Assembly: GCA_022842885.1 (NCBI GenBank)
Contig: JALHOR010000015.1
Span: forward strand, 2,219-66,218
DNA: 64,000 nt
From: Anaerolineae bacterium
Lineage (GTDB): Bacteria > Chloroflexota > Anaerolineae > Aggregatilineales > Phototrophicaceae
Direction of reading: 5' to 3'
Position 1 is the stretch's first letter; each line of letters begins with the position of its first letter. Under the pieces are notes generated by a model. The model did no database searches, was not told the origin of the DNA, and saw only the letters and a list, made by a program, of their open reading frames with translations. The position numbers and the translations under genes were made by a program. Positions 1-7,823 of this stretch are shown here, one piece after another.

Positions 1-13
1 CTAACCGGAACAT
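1..13 (-). CDS. Possible 5' end of a leftward gene that runs off the window (4 codons only)
   Basis: ATG at 13..11 on the reverse strand, preceded by AGGAGG (23..18 reverse). The gene body lies outside the window, so the product is unknown. Confidence 0.25.
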
Positions 14-204
14 AATGCCTCCTGTCATATATGCTGACCTCTTCACTCATTAGACCGCCAATAACGCGGCAACGTCGCAAGCAAAAAATACGAATTTTTC
101 CACAACCTGCAAAAACCTGTAAATATCAGCGCAGACAGACCATTGTCACGTTATAATAGAAGGGGTTCAATCCGATTAAGCAAGATGAGCAACAAGGACG
201 CATT

Positions 205-789
205 ATGCAGTGTCCCAATTGCCAGCACTGGAACGAAGCTGGCGCACGCTTTTGTGAAGAATGTGGCTTTGAATTGGCACAAGCACCCGAAAAAGAAACG
301 CGGGTAAGCATTCGGGATGAGAATGGGGCTGTGCCATTGAGCGATTTATTGCCCAAACCGCCGCCCGTTCTACCGCCGACACAACCGCCGCTTGGTCTTC
401 CGCCGACGCAACCTGCACCGCGTTCTGCGTCTGCTGTACCGGATGCGGCTGATACGCCCGCTGTGCCGTTTACGGGCGCACGTCTCATCCTCACCAGCAC
501 CGGGTCAATTTTTAAGTTGGGCGAAGTCACCACCATTGGGCGACAAAATCCCACTGTGCAGATTGATTTTGAGGGCTATCCTGATGGCAAGTATGTCAGC
601 GGTCAACATGCCCGCATCCTGAAGATGCAAAATCGTTACTATATCGAAGATTTGGGTAGTTCCAACAATACCTATGTCAATGACATCAAATTGGCAAGCG
701 GGCAAATGGAGCCACTCAAACAAGGGGATAATGTGCGTATTGGCAAGATTGAACTGGTGTTTCATGAACCGCAGGATGACAAAGCATGA
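205..789 (+). CDS. Zinc-ribbon + FHA domain protein (small GarA/OdhI-style FHA effector with an added N-terminal zinc ribbon)
   Basis: N-terminus CPNCQHWNEAGARFCEECG (CxxC-12-CxxC). Pro-rich linker with a PPTQP repeat. C-terminal FHA signature TIGRQNP..VSGQHARI..YYIEDLGSSNNTYVND. The TGA overlaps the next ATG (ATGA at 786-789). Confidence 0.9.
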   Translation: MQCPNCQHWNEAGARFCEECGFELAQAPEKETRVSIRDENGAVPLSDLLPKPPPVLPPTQPPLGLPPTQPAPRSASAVPDAADTPAVPFTGARLILTSTGSIFKLGEVTTIGRQNPTVQIDFEGYPDGKYVSGQHARILKMQNRYYIEDLGSSNNTYVNDIKLASGQMEPLKQGDNVRIGKIELVFHEPQDDKA

Positions 790-2915
790 GCGTATCTGCC
801 AAAATCCCTTGTCCACACTGCCAACAACCGACCACAACCGACAGTGGCTTCTGCGATGAATGCGGCTTAGAACTGGCAACACAGCCCCTTAAACCGGTCA
901 CTGCAGCGCAAATCTTGGCAACTGGGTCATTGGAAAAGCGTACTGATTGTCCATTTTGTGGCTATAAACTGCGCCCCAATGCCAAACACTGCTCCAACTG
1001 TGGCAAAAAATTAGGCACGCGCCCCATTACCGAACCATTGCCCCTCTCGATGGTGCAGCAGGCGCTAGAAGAACCGGGTGTCATGCGCGTGGGGCGCGTC
1101 ATTTCTGACCGCTATGGCTTGGAAAAAATTCTGGGCGAAGGCGGCATGGGACGCGTATGGTTGGCGTATGACCGCAACCTGAGCAAACATATCGTCATCA
1201 AAACGGTGGTCGCACCTGATGAATCGTTACGCGCGGCGCTCAAAAAAGAGGCACAAACGCTCATCAATATTCGGCATCCTAATATTATTTCTGTGCTGGA
1301 TTTCTTCACGATTGAAAATGAATTATGTTATGTCATGGAATATGTGCCGGGTCCCAGTTGGGCAGATGAAATTGAAGAACCGATTGCCCGTAAGTTGGTG
1401 CAACCGCTGCCCGCCGAAGAAGCTCTACGGCGCATCAAGGGGTTGCTGCCCGCCTTTAAATATTTGCACGGATTGAACCCGCCCATCATTTATTGCGATT
1501 TTAAGCCATCTAACGTCAAACGGCTGACACTAGCAAACGGGGATATTGTGGAAGTGCTGCTCGATTTTGGCACTGCCTATACCTATGACCCCAAAGTGCC
1601 GCCCAAGCCAGCGCGTGGCACGCCGGGCTATCATTCGCCACAGGCAAAACACCCCGATTGGCGCGATGATTATTTTACGATTGGGCGGGCAATTGCCGAA
1701 TTGGTGGGCATGGCAGAGGTGCATACCGAAGAAAATCAATATACGCTGACCCCCGCCGATGTATTCCCGTGGTCAAGTTATGATGAATCGCTGCGCTATC
1801 TGGTTGAATGGATGACTGCCCCAGAACGAGAAAATCGTCCGCAAAATGTAGATGAGATTTTGCACGAATTGGATGGCGTCATTGGTTTTGTCAAAGGGCA
1901 AAAACCGGATTTAAAAGCCATGCGCCGCCAACGCCAGCGTGTCAGTTTTGCGGGTGTTACGTTGGATACCATCAAAGCCAATGCCATGACCGGCACCGTG
2001 ACGCATACCATCAAAATTGATTTCCCAGAAGTGCCAGCCGCGAATCCAGCAGCGACGGTGCTGCTCACCGCGCAAGAAGCATATCAACAGCGCGATTATA
2101 CGCGGGCGTTGATACTGGCGAACCAAGCGATTAATAATCATGGCGGCGCTTCAGCATATGCGCTGCGGGCAATGGTCTATAACCAGCAAGGCGATTTGCA
2201 GCAGGCACAAAAAGATTTGGTCATGGCACAGCGCCAAGGCGACCCCAAAGCCCAATGGGAAATGCTCATGGCAGAAGGACAACTCCATGAGAATGCTGGC
2301 AATTTTGAAAAAGCCGCTGATGCCTATCGTAAATTGATGGCACTGCGTCCCGGTGATTATCGCGGGCGCTTGCTGCTGGCAGATTTGTATCGGCGCAGCG
2401 GCAAAGCTGAACCTGCCATCGAAGAATATCAAGCCATTATTCAAGCCAAACCATCCGTCGGTTCGGCATATATTGGCGCGTCTAAGGCATATTTGGCGAG
2501 TAAACAACTGGATAATGCCATCAAAGTGCTGGAAGATGTCAGCAGCCGCAACGCCAGTTATAACGATGTGCTGCTGGAACTCATCGCGCTGTATAACGAA
2601 AAAGCCCAAATAGGTGATGTCAAAAGTCTAGAACAAGCGGCACGGGCGATTGACGTGCTGCAAGAAAATGGCGTCGAATCGCGTATGTATTTCCGGCTGC
2701 GCGGCGAATTTTATTTCACGGCGTATCAACTCGCTCGCAAAACAGGCGCTATTCCTAAATTGGTCTATCCCGATGGCACGATTAACACGTTGGCAGATTT
2801 GGCAAAGATGAATGAAGCCGCGTGGCGCGACTACCTTGCCCGCGATGACGATGCTGACCGCGATAAGATTATCAACACGCGCATTATGGCAGCCCGGACG
2901 TGGGCAGTGATTTGA
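786..2915 (+). CDS. Ser/Thr protein kinase with PknG-like architecture (two zinc ribbons, non-RD kinase domain, TPR repeats)
   Basis: Ribbons CPHCQQ..FCDECG and CPFCGY..HCSNCG. G-loop LGEGGMGRVW, VIK lysine (HIVIKTV), catalytic loop IIYCDFKPSN (Asp codon 1497-1499, no HRD Arg), LLDFGTA, GTPGYHSPQ. The C-terminal ~250 aa are TPR-like helices. Confidence 0.9.
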   Translation: MSVSAKIPCPHCQQPTTTDSGFCDECGLELATQPLKPVTAAQILATGSLEKRTDCPFCGYKLRPNAKHCSNCGKKLGTRPITEPLPLSMVQQALEEPGVMRVGRVISDRYGLEKILGEGGMGRVWLAYDRNLSKHIVIKTVVAPDESLRAALKKEAQTLINIRHPNIISVLDFFTIENELCYVMEYVPGPSWADEIEEPIARKLVQPLPAEEALRRIKGLLPAFKYLHGLNPPIIYCDFKPSNVKRLTLANGDIVEVLLDFGTAYTYDPKVPPKPARGTPGYHSPQAKHPDWRDDYFTIGRAIAELVGMAEVHTEENQYTLTPADVFPWSSYDESLRYLVEWMTAPERENRPQNVDEILHELDGVIGFVKGQKPDLKAMRRQRQRVSFAGVTLDTIKANAMTGTVTHTIKIDFPEVPAANPAATVLLTAQEAYQQRDYTRALILANQAINNHGGASAYALRAMVYNQQGDLQQAQKDLVMAQRQGDPKAQWEMLMAEGQLHENAGNFEKAADAYRKLMALRPGDYRGRLLLADLYRRSGKAEPAIEEYQAIIQAKPSVGSAYIGASKAYLASKQLDNAIKVLEDVSSRNASYNDVLLELIALYNEKAQIGDVKSLEQAARAIDVLQENGVESRMYFRLRGEFYFTAYQLARKTGAIPKLVYPDGTINTLADLAKMNEAAWRDYLARDDDADRDKIINTRIMAARTWAVI

Positions 2916-2957
2916 GTTAAAAGTGATAAGTTAAAAGTTAAAAGTTAAAAGTTAAAA
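2915..2957. repeat. Tandem heptamer repeat (AGTTAAA)n
   Basis: gttaaaagtgataagttaaaagttaaaagttaaaagttaaaag lies directly after the kinase stop. Related tracts are at about 12005-12040 and 50725-50757. Confidence 0.85.
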
Positions 2958-2987
2958 GCAATAACACGATGATGCAGATTAAAAATT

Positions 2988-3079
2988 AGGCTCATGTCCA
3001 GATTGCGTGAAAAGGACGTTGTTGTAGGGTGGAGGCATGCCTCCACCCTACGGAAAATTACTCGTTTTGAACTTGAGCG
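2988..3079 (+). repeat. ~90-bp composite palindromic element, copy 1 (GGCTCATGTCCAGATTGCGTGAAAAG..GTAGGGTGGAGGCATGCCTCCACCCTAC..TTTTGAACTTGAGCGA)
   Basis: 28-bp perfect palindrome at 3023-3050 with conserved flanks. Near-identical copies at 44328-44419, 45449-45537 (inverted) and 53294-53385. Confidence 0.9.
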
Positions 3080-3097
3080 AAAATCAAATTGGGTAAC

Positions 3098-3151
3098 TGT
3101 AGGGGAGCGCCGATGTGCGCTCCTTCTGGCGACCACATTGGGTCGCCCCTA
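3098..3151. repeat. 54-nt element that folds as a perfect three-way junction
   Basis: Closing stem GTAGG/CCTAC. Hairpin GGAGCGC-cgatgt-GCGCTCC and hairpin GGCGACC-acattg-GGTCGCC. A related GGCGACC-tgatgt-GGTCGCC hairpin is at 57712-57731. Confidence 0.8.
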
Positions 3152-3246
3152 CACATAACCTGATTATTTTGTTGAATCACTTTAGGTAGGGCGAGGTATG
3201 CCCCCTTCACAACATATTCTTAGATTTTAGAAATTTAGTAACGACT

Positions 3247-3349
3247 CAGCCCTCATCCCCCAACCCCTTCTCCCACAAGAGAAGGGGTGCAAAAACAAGT
3301 AGTATCTGAAGTCCCTCTCCTTCGGGAGAGGGATTTAGAGGGTGAGGGC
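3247..3349. repeat. G/C-rich hairpin element pair (GGGTGAGGG family) with outer inverted ends
   Basis: Hairpins CCCCTTCTC-ccacaa-GAGAAGGGG (3263-3286) and TCCCTCTCC-ttcg-GGAGAGGGA (3311-3332). Outer arms AGCCCTCA (3247-3254) and TGAGGGCT (3342-3349). Family members at 42384-42422 and 56236-56273. Confidence 0.8.
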
Positions 3350-3434
3350 TAAAGACGACTAGAGTAGTACAAAATTCACTAGATGAAGCACTAAGAAAAG
3401 CTAATCTCTAAAAGCCAACAGCTAAGAGCCAACC

Positions 3435-4679
3435 ATGAGCGCCTTCACTTTTAAAACATACTATAACAAACACATCAGCCCCACCACCAATTCGTTTTGG
3501 GGAGTGGTCTCGGTCACAGCAAATGAAACGGCACAGGCAATGGAAACAGTGGCTGTGACGTTAATATGCGATGTTTCAGGTTCGATGCAGGGCAACAAAT
3601 TTAATGCCATGATTGCCAGCACCGAAGATTTGCTGCGAACAACACCGGACGGCGTGATGTTGGGTGTGGTCGTCTTTGATGACCGCGCTGATGAAGCCGT
3701 GCCACTTGTTCGGTTAGATGCCACCGTTGACCGCGAAAAACTGGTTGACATGTTCCGGCGCAATATGCGGCAAATCAAAATTTTTGGTGGCACTGCCATG
3801 TCTACCGGCATTGATTTGGCGCTGAAACAGCAAGGCAAATTAGGGAATGAAGTTGCCCAATATGGCATTTTCTTATCGGATGGCAATAACACTGAACCCG
3901 AATCTCGCTTAGTGGAAGCGGTGCAAGCCGCCGCCGATACGACGATGCACCTATGCGCTTACGGTTACGGCAGCGATTGGAATCCGACACAATTAACGCA
4001 AATCGCGCAAATCACACAAGGTTGGATGCCCAAAGCCGTGCCTAACCCCGAACATTTACGCCAAGAATTTACGGCGCTCATCGCTCGCATGTCCAGAACT
4101 GTTGCCAGCGATGCCGTTCTGCACTTGTGGACGCCGACAGGCGCTAAAATTCTATCGCTCTCACAAGCCTATCCTGAATGGGTAAAAGGTGAAGCGGCGC
4201 CATTGGGCGATGACCATACTTGGGTTGTCCCGGTTCCGCCCATGTCAGCCGGCGACCACCGCGATTTTGTGGTGCATATCGAATTGGCAGCGGTGGGCGC
4301 TCGTGTGGCAGCATGTCGTCCGACGATGGTCTATGCGTTAGCTGGGCAGCGTGTCGAAGAAAAAGGCGATCAATCCACTTGGATGATTCTGGAACAAACG
4401 CACGATGCCGGACTGTATAATCAGGTAAATCCGGTGGTGGCAGGCTATCTGGGGCAAGGGCAACTGGCACGCGCTACGCAAGCCATGACAGAGGCTCTGG
4501 CAGCCGGGGATGTAAAAACCGCAGAACGGCATCGCACCGAAGCCCTAGAAATTGCCCAAGCCACGGGCAATCGCCCCATGACGCAAATTTTGCAAGACGC
4601 CAGCGGCAGCGAAGTCGCCCGTAAAACTGTTGCGCTTGGCACGTCCACTGTCAGCCTGACCGAAGATGAGAAAAAATAA
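3435..4679 (+). CDS. von Willebrand factor A (vWA) domain protein with a complete MIDAS
   Basis: VTLICDVSGSM (DxSxS), GGTAMSTG (Thr) and FLSDG (Asp). The C-terminal half is beta-rich and ends in a helical tail. Confidence 0.85.
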   Translation: MSAFTFKTYYNKHISPTTNSFWGVVSVTANETAQAMETVAVTLICDVSGSMQGNKFNAMIASTEDLLRTTPDGVMLGVVVFDDRADEAVPLVRLDATVDREKLVDMFRRNMRQIKIFGGTAMSTGIDLALKQQGKLGNEVAQYGIFLSDGNNTEPESRLVEAVQAAADTTMHLCAYGYGSDWNPTQLTQIAQITQGWMPKAVPNPEHLRQEFTALIARMSRTVASDAVLHLWTPTGAKILSLSQAYPEWVKGEAAPLGDDHTWVVPVPPMSAGDHRDFVVHIELAAVGARVAACRPTMVYALAGQRVEEKGDQSTWMILEQTHDAGLYNQVNPVVAGYLGQGQLARATQAMTEALAAGDVKTAERHRTEALEIAQATGNRPMTQILQDASGSEVARKTVALGTSTVSLTEDEKK

Positions 4680-4684
4680 AGCCC

Positions 4685-5110
4685 ATGCCCAATGCTCGTA
4701 AATTCTGTACCCAATGTGGGCATAGCAACCGCCGCACTGCCAAAGTCTGCGTGCAGTGTGGCGCGGCTTTTACGCGCCGTTTATTGGCAGAAACCAGCAA
4801 ATTCTGCCCGGAATGTGGCATCGAAAATAAAATAAGCACCAAATTTTGCCCGCATTGTGGTTATGCCTTAGTGCCAAAACCACCGGAAAAGCTCATTGCG
4901 CCACCCCTGATTCCTAACCCGGCTCCAGCAGTCGCTTTGCCGCCCATCGCTGAACTGCCACCGCCGCCTAATCCAGCTACGCCACCCGTCAGCAACCCAA
5001 CCAACACAACTAGCGAACCCGCTGTACCACTGACGCAGGCGGAAATTCATCTGCTGCGCCAATCCAAAAAACTTGTACTCAAATCGGCTCGCCACCGCAG
5101 GAAATCATAA
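4685..5110 (+). CDS. Double zinc-ribbon protein with a Pro-rich linker and basic tail
   Basis: FCTQCGHSNRRTAKVCVQCG and FCPECGIENKISTKFCPHCG. Pro-rich PPLIPNPAPAVALPPIAELPPPPNPATPP. C-terminus KSARHRRKS. Starts 5 nt after the vWA stop. Confidence 0.8.
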   Translation: MPNARKFCTQCGHSNRRTAKVCVQCGAAFTRRLLAETSKFCPECGIENKISTKFCPHCGYALVPKPPEKLIAPPLIPNPAPAVALPPIAELPPPPNPATPPVSNPTNTTSEPAVPLTQAEIHLLRQSKKLVLKSARHRRKS

Positions 5111-5113
5111 CTT

Positions 5114-6043
5114 ATGCATATCACGCACCATCTCCATGCCTCCGTTGAACATCCTGACCGCTGCGAAGATACGCTTTTGATTCTGAACCAAGCCGGATAC
5201 GCGCCCGTTTTTGCGGTCATTGATGGCATGGGCGGGCATCAACGCACTGCCCCGGATGGCACGCTCATCAGCGGACGCGAAGCCTCCCAAATGGTGAGCA
5301 AAGTGCTGAAAGAATTTTTGGGCGAGTTACCGCTTGATGCCGATGCTTCGGCGGGCAGCGACACAGAACAACGACTAAAAAATGCCATTATTCAGTCCCA
5401 TCGGCGTATCCGGCATGAACTGAACGGCGGCGATATTGGCTTTAGCGAATCGGTTGGCGCTGTCGCTACAGTGGTGGTTGTCTGTGAGAACGGGCAGCGG
5501 CTCCTCACCGCACAAGTCGGCGATACCCGGGGTTATCTTGTTTCCGAAGGCGATTTGATTCAGATGATACCGGATGAAGATAATGTCGAATTTTTGGTGC
5601 AGCGCGGCACTCTCAGCGAAGAAGATGGCGCTGTGATTAGCGATTTAATGAACATTTATGATGGCATCCATGAACCGGATGTTGAAGGCAAAGTTCACAT
5701 AGATGGGCAAGAATTTGACTTATATCTGGCGTGGCGCTGGTTTATGGTCGGCAATTCGGCATTGAGTATTCCGGGTGCCAATGTGGTTATCAGTGCTTTG
5801 GGGGTAGAAGATGAAGACCCGCTGCCCCTCACGTCACGCATTGAAATCAGTGTTGGCGATATGCTGCTGCTCTGTTCGGATGGTGTCTATAAAAATTTAG
5901 CGCACGATGAAATGCTCAAGCACCTAGAAACCAATGAAAATCGGGCAGAGGTGTTGTGCAATGCGGCTTATTTGCGCTCGCAAGATAAGACCAACAAGCG
6001 CATGAATCCCGATGATATTTCGGCGTTGGTGGTGGAATTTTGA
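5114..6043 (+). CDS. PP2C-family Ser/Thr protein phosphatase
   Basis: FAVIDGMGGHQ, AQVGDTRGY and LLLCSDGVY motifs. Starts 3 nt after the preceding stop. Confidence 0.9.
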   Translation: MHITHHLHASVEHPDRCEDTLLILNQAGYAPVFAVIDGMGGHQRTAPDGTLISGREASQMVSKVLKEFLGELPLDADASAGSDTEQRLKNAIIQSHRRIRHELNGGDIGFSESVGAVATVVVVCENGQRLLTAQVGDTRGYLVSEGDLIQMIPDEDNVEFLVQRGTLSEEDGAVISDLMNIYDGIHEPDVEGKVHIDGQEFDLYLAWRWFMVGNSALSIPGANVVISALGVEDEDPLPLTSRIEISVGDMLLLCSDGVYKNLAHDEMLKHLETNENRAEVLCNAAYLRSQDKTNKRMNPDDISALVVEF

Positions 6044-6157
6044 GAGAGCGATTGGCTTTTGGCTGTTAGCTTTGGGTTTTGAGATTGGTGGACACGATTA
6101 CTAATAGGCATCGGATACAAAAATTATTCAGGTCATCAGTCAATATTTCACTCACAT

Positions 6158-7456
6158 TCAGCTAGATTGGCTCGCCAATATAGAACGCAGGTGAGTTCGT
6201 CTGCCCTGAATGTCGAAGCAGTCCTGTTGATTATCGCTCATCAGCCGAGTCGCCAACTTGATTGCCTGTGCTTCTGTGAGTAAGCCATCGTTGATTTCCG
6301 CTTGCAGACTGCGTATCAGCCAGCGGCGAGACTGTGCAGCATAGGCAACAGACGAACTCGCCCACTGAGTATCACCTCCAAAAATGAAGAGCTTGTTTAT
6401 AGGGACTGTGTGAATAAACCGACGCACGAAATGGCTCGTAGTGTACGGGTCTATGCTCCATGCCCAACAGAGGTCAACGTAAACATTGCGGTAATGCTTG
6501 GCAATGGCGGCTAGTTCAGGATCATAGGGATAGGCAATGTGCATCAGTACGAAGCGTGCGTCGGGATAACGCTCCAACAGTCCGCACAAATGACCCGGCT
6601 TGATGCGCTCGACGGGCATCCGATTATTGCCAGCGTAGTAGCCAGTGTGGATTTTGAAGGGCAGATTATGTTCGATGGCAAGCTCAACGCCCCGCGACAA
6701 GCACCAATCCCCCAAACAAAGCTGTTCCTCGACGGTTAGCGTCACACCTCGCAAATATCGGTCAAGTACAGGTGCTACATCGGAGGCGGTGCGTTCTCGC
6801 CACAACAGCGTTCGTTCGTAGGCGTGCTGAGATTTGACGGCAATTGCGTTTGGACCATATTTAGCGAACAGGCTAGCCATTGCAATCTGTAAGGAATTCA
6901 GATCATGAACTTCATAGCCAGTTTCGGCATGAAGCTGAACCACATTGAAGTTAGCGTTGCAGAAATTTACCCACGAAAGGTCATAGAGAAAGAAATCCAC
7001 GCCAGAGCCATCAGGCAAGCAAGCCCACTCGAAATCATCGATCTGCACATGATCGAGGTTGCCTTCATCGCGCAGAATCCGAAGACGCTCGCCCGGTTGT
7101 CGGCGTTGGCGGTTGATTTCCATACTAGCTTCGATTCCCGCCAGCGTGATCTCATCCATGTTATACACATTCTGGGCAGTTAGTCGCACCGCTTCGCCAT
7201 ATCCGGTAAACTGACAGTGTATCCAGAAATCTTTCACAGCGTTCCAGCGCGTTGCAAGGTCGGGATTGCTGCTATCGACCAGTGCGCTAACCGCCCCCTG
7301 TGTGGCTCCTGCGGTAATTAAATCCGCTAGAATGTAATTATCGAACAAATCTGCCAGCACATCTGGACCGGCTTCGACGTATTTCCGTTCTGAAAGGAGA
7401 TGCTCATGGGTATCTATGAGGGGAGTCTGCTGAATATGCTGTGCGAGGTCGGTCAT
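6158..7456 (-). CDS. Amidohydrolase-superfamily metal-dependent hydrolase (TIM barrel)
   Basis: N-terminal LIDTHEHLL metal-binding motif. FVLMHIAYPY and DLCWAW-type later strands. Substrate not assignable. Confidence 0.7.
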   Translation of the reverse strand: MTDLAQHIQQTPLIDTHEHLLSERKYVEAGPDVLADLFDNYILADLITAGATQGAVSALVDSSNPDLATRWNAVKDFWIHCQFTGYGEAVRLTAQNVYNMDEITLAGIEASMEINRQRRQPGERLRILRDEGNLDHVQIDDFEWACLPDGSGVDFFLYDLSWVNFCNANFNVVQLHAETGYEVHDLNSLQIAMASLFAKYGPNAIAVKSQHAYERTLLWRERTASDVAPVLDRYLRGVTLTVEEQLCLGDWCLSRGVELAIEHNLPFKIHTGYYAGNNRMPVERIKPGHLCGLLERYPDARFVLMHIAYPYDPELAAIAKHYRNVYVDLCWAWSIDPYTTSHFVRRFIHTVPINKLFIFGGDTQWASSSVAYAAQSRRWLIRSLQAEINDGLLTEAQAIKLATRLMSDNQQDCFDIQGRRTHLRSILASQSS

Positions 7457-7560
7457 ACAGGTTTTCTCTCTTTTGGGGCGACAGTTTATGCGCTCATTAT
7501 ACGGCTATTTTAGATTGAAGACCGTCAGAGGTGTCTCACTTTATCCAAAACTTACGTAAA

Positions 7561-7788
7561 TTAATTTGTATAACAGTCGGAATCCCGCCAATCGTCTATT
7601 GGTAAGGCGTTCTCAACTTCACGATTCAATTTTTCAAGTTCACCTGCTGCCAATAACCACAACTCTTCTGGCTCAACATCGGTGTTTTGATGGTGCGCGG
7701 TAAGAAGGTTTAACCAACGCACTACTAATGGTAGGTGATTTTCGGGGATGTGTTGCAACGCCTCTATCCCCTGTTGCAAAAGTGTCAT
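7561..7788 (-). CDS. Small hypothetical protein (75 aa, acidic, helical)
   Basis: ORF only. Co-directional, 35 nt downstream of the 4-TM gene. No motif recognised. Confidence 0.4.
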   Translation of the reverse strand: MTLLQQGIEALQHIPENHLPLVVRWLNLLTAHHQNTDVEPEELWLLAAGELEKLNREVENALPIDDWRDSDCYTN

Positions 7789-7823
7789 TTTCGCTTTTCT
7801 TCAAGTTACTCGCTAACAGCCTA

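Noticed and set aside
152-157. TATAAT hexamer upstream of the FHA gene as its promoter -10
   Set aside because: No acceptable -35 or TG extension lies at the right spacing, so it is too weak to list as a feature.
126-554. 142-aa minus-strand ORF (with 203-418) opposite the FHA gene
   Set aside because: It is a Gly/Arg/Ala-rich mirror image of the Pro-rich linker on the + strand. It has no SD and no motifs, and it is fully overlapped by a well-supported FHA gene.
1107-1880. Kinase could be a pseudokinase because HRD reads YCD
   Set aside because: The catalytic Asp, VIK Lys, Gly-loop and DFG are all present. Loss of the HRD Arg is the normal state of PknG-type non-RD kinases, so the enzyme is probably active.
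2915-2957. Possible CRISPR-like or minisatellite array (GTTAAAAG repeats)
   Set aside because: The period is only 7 nt, there are no spacers, there are no cas genes in the window, and similar short tracts occur in other spacers. It is a simple tandem repeat.
2945-3136. ORFs translated from the palindromic repeat (2945-3136, 44425-44676, 50774-51001, 53130-53417), which share ..FRRVEACL.PTTT.FSRNL.MSL..
   Set aside because: The apparent protein conservation comes from DNA repeat copies present in both orientations and in intergenic positions. They have no SD and no consistent start. They are classic repeat-derived false CDS.
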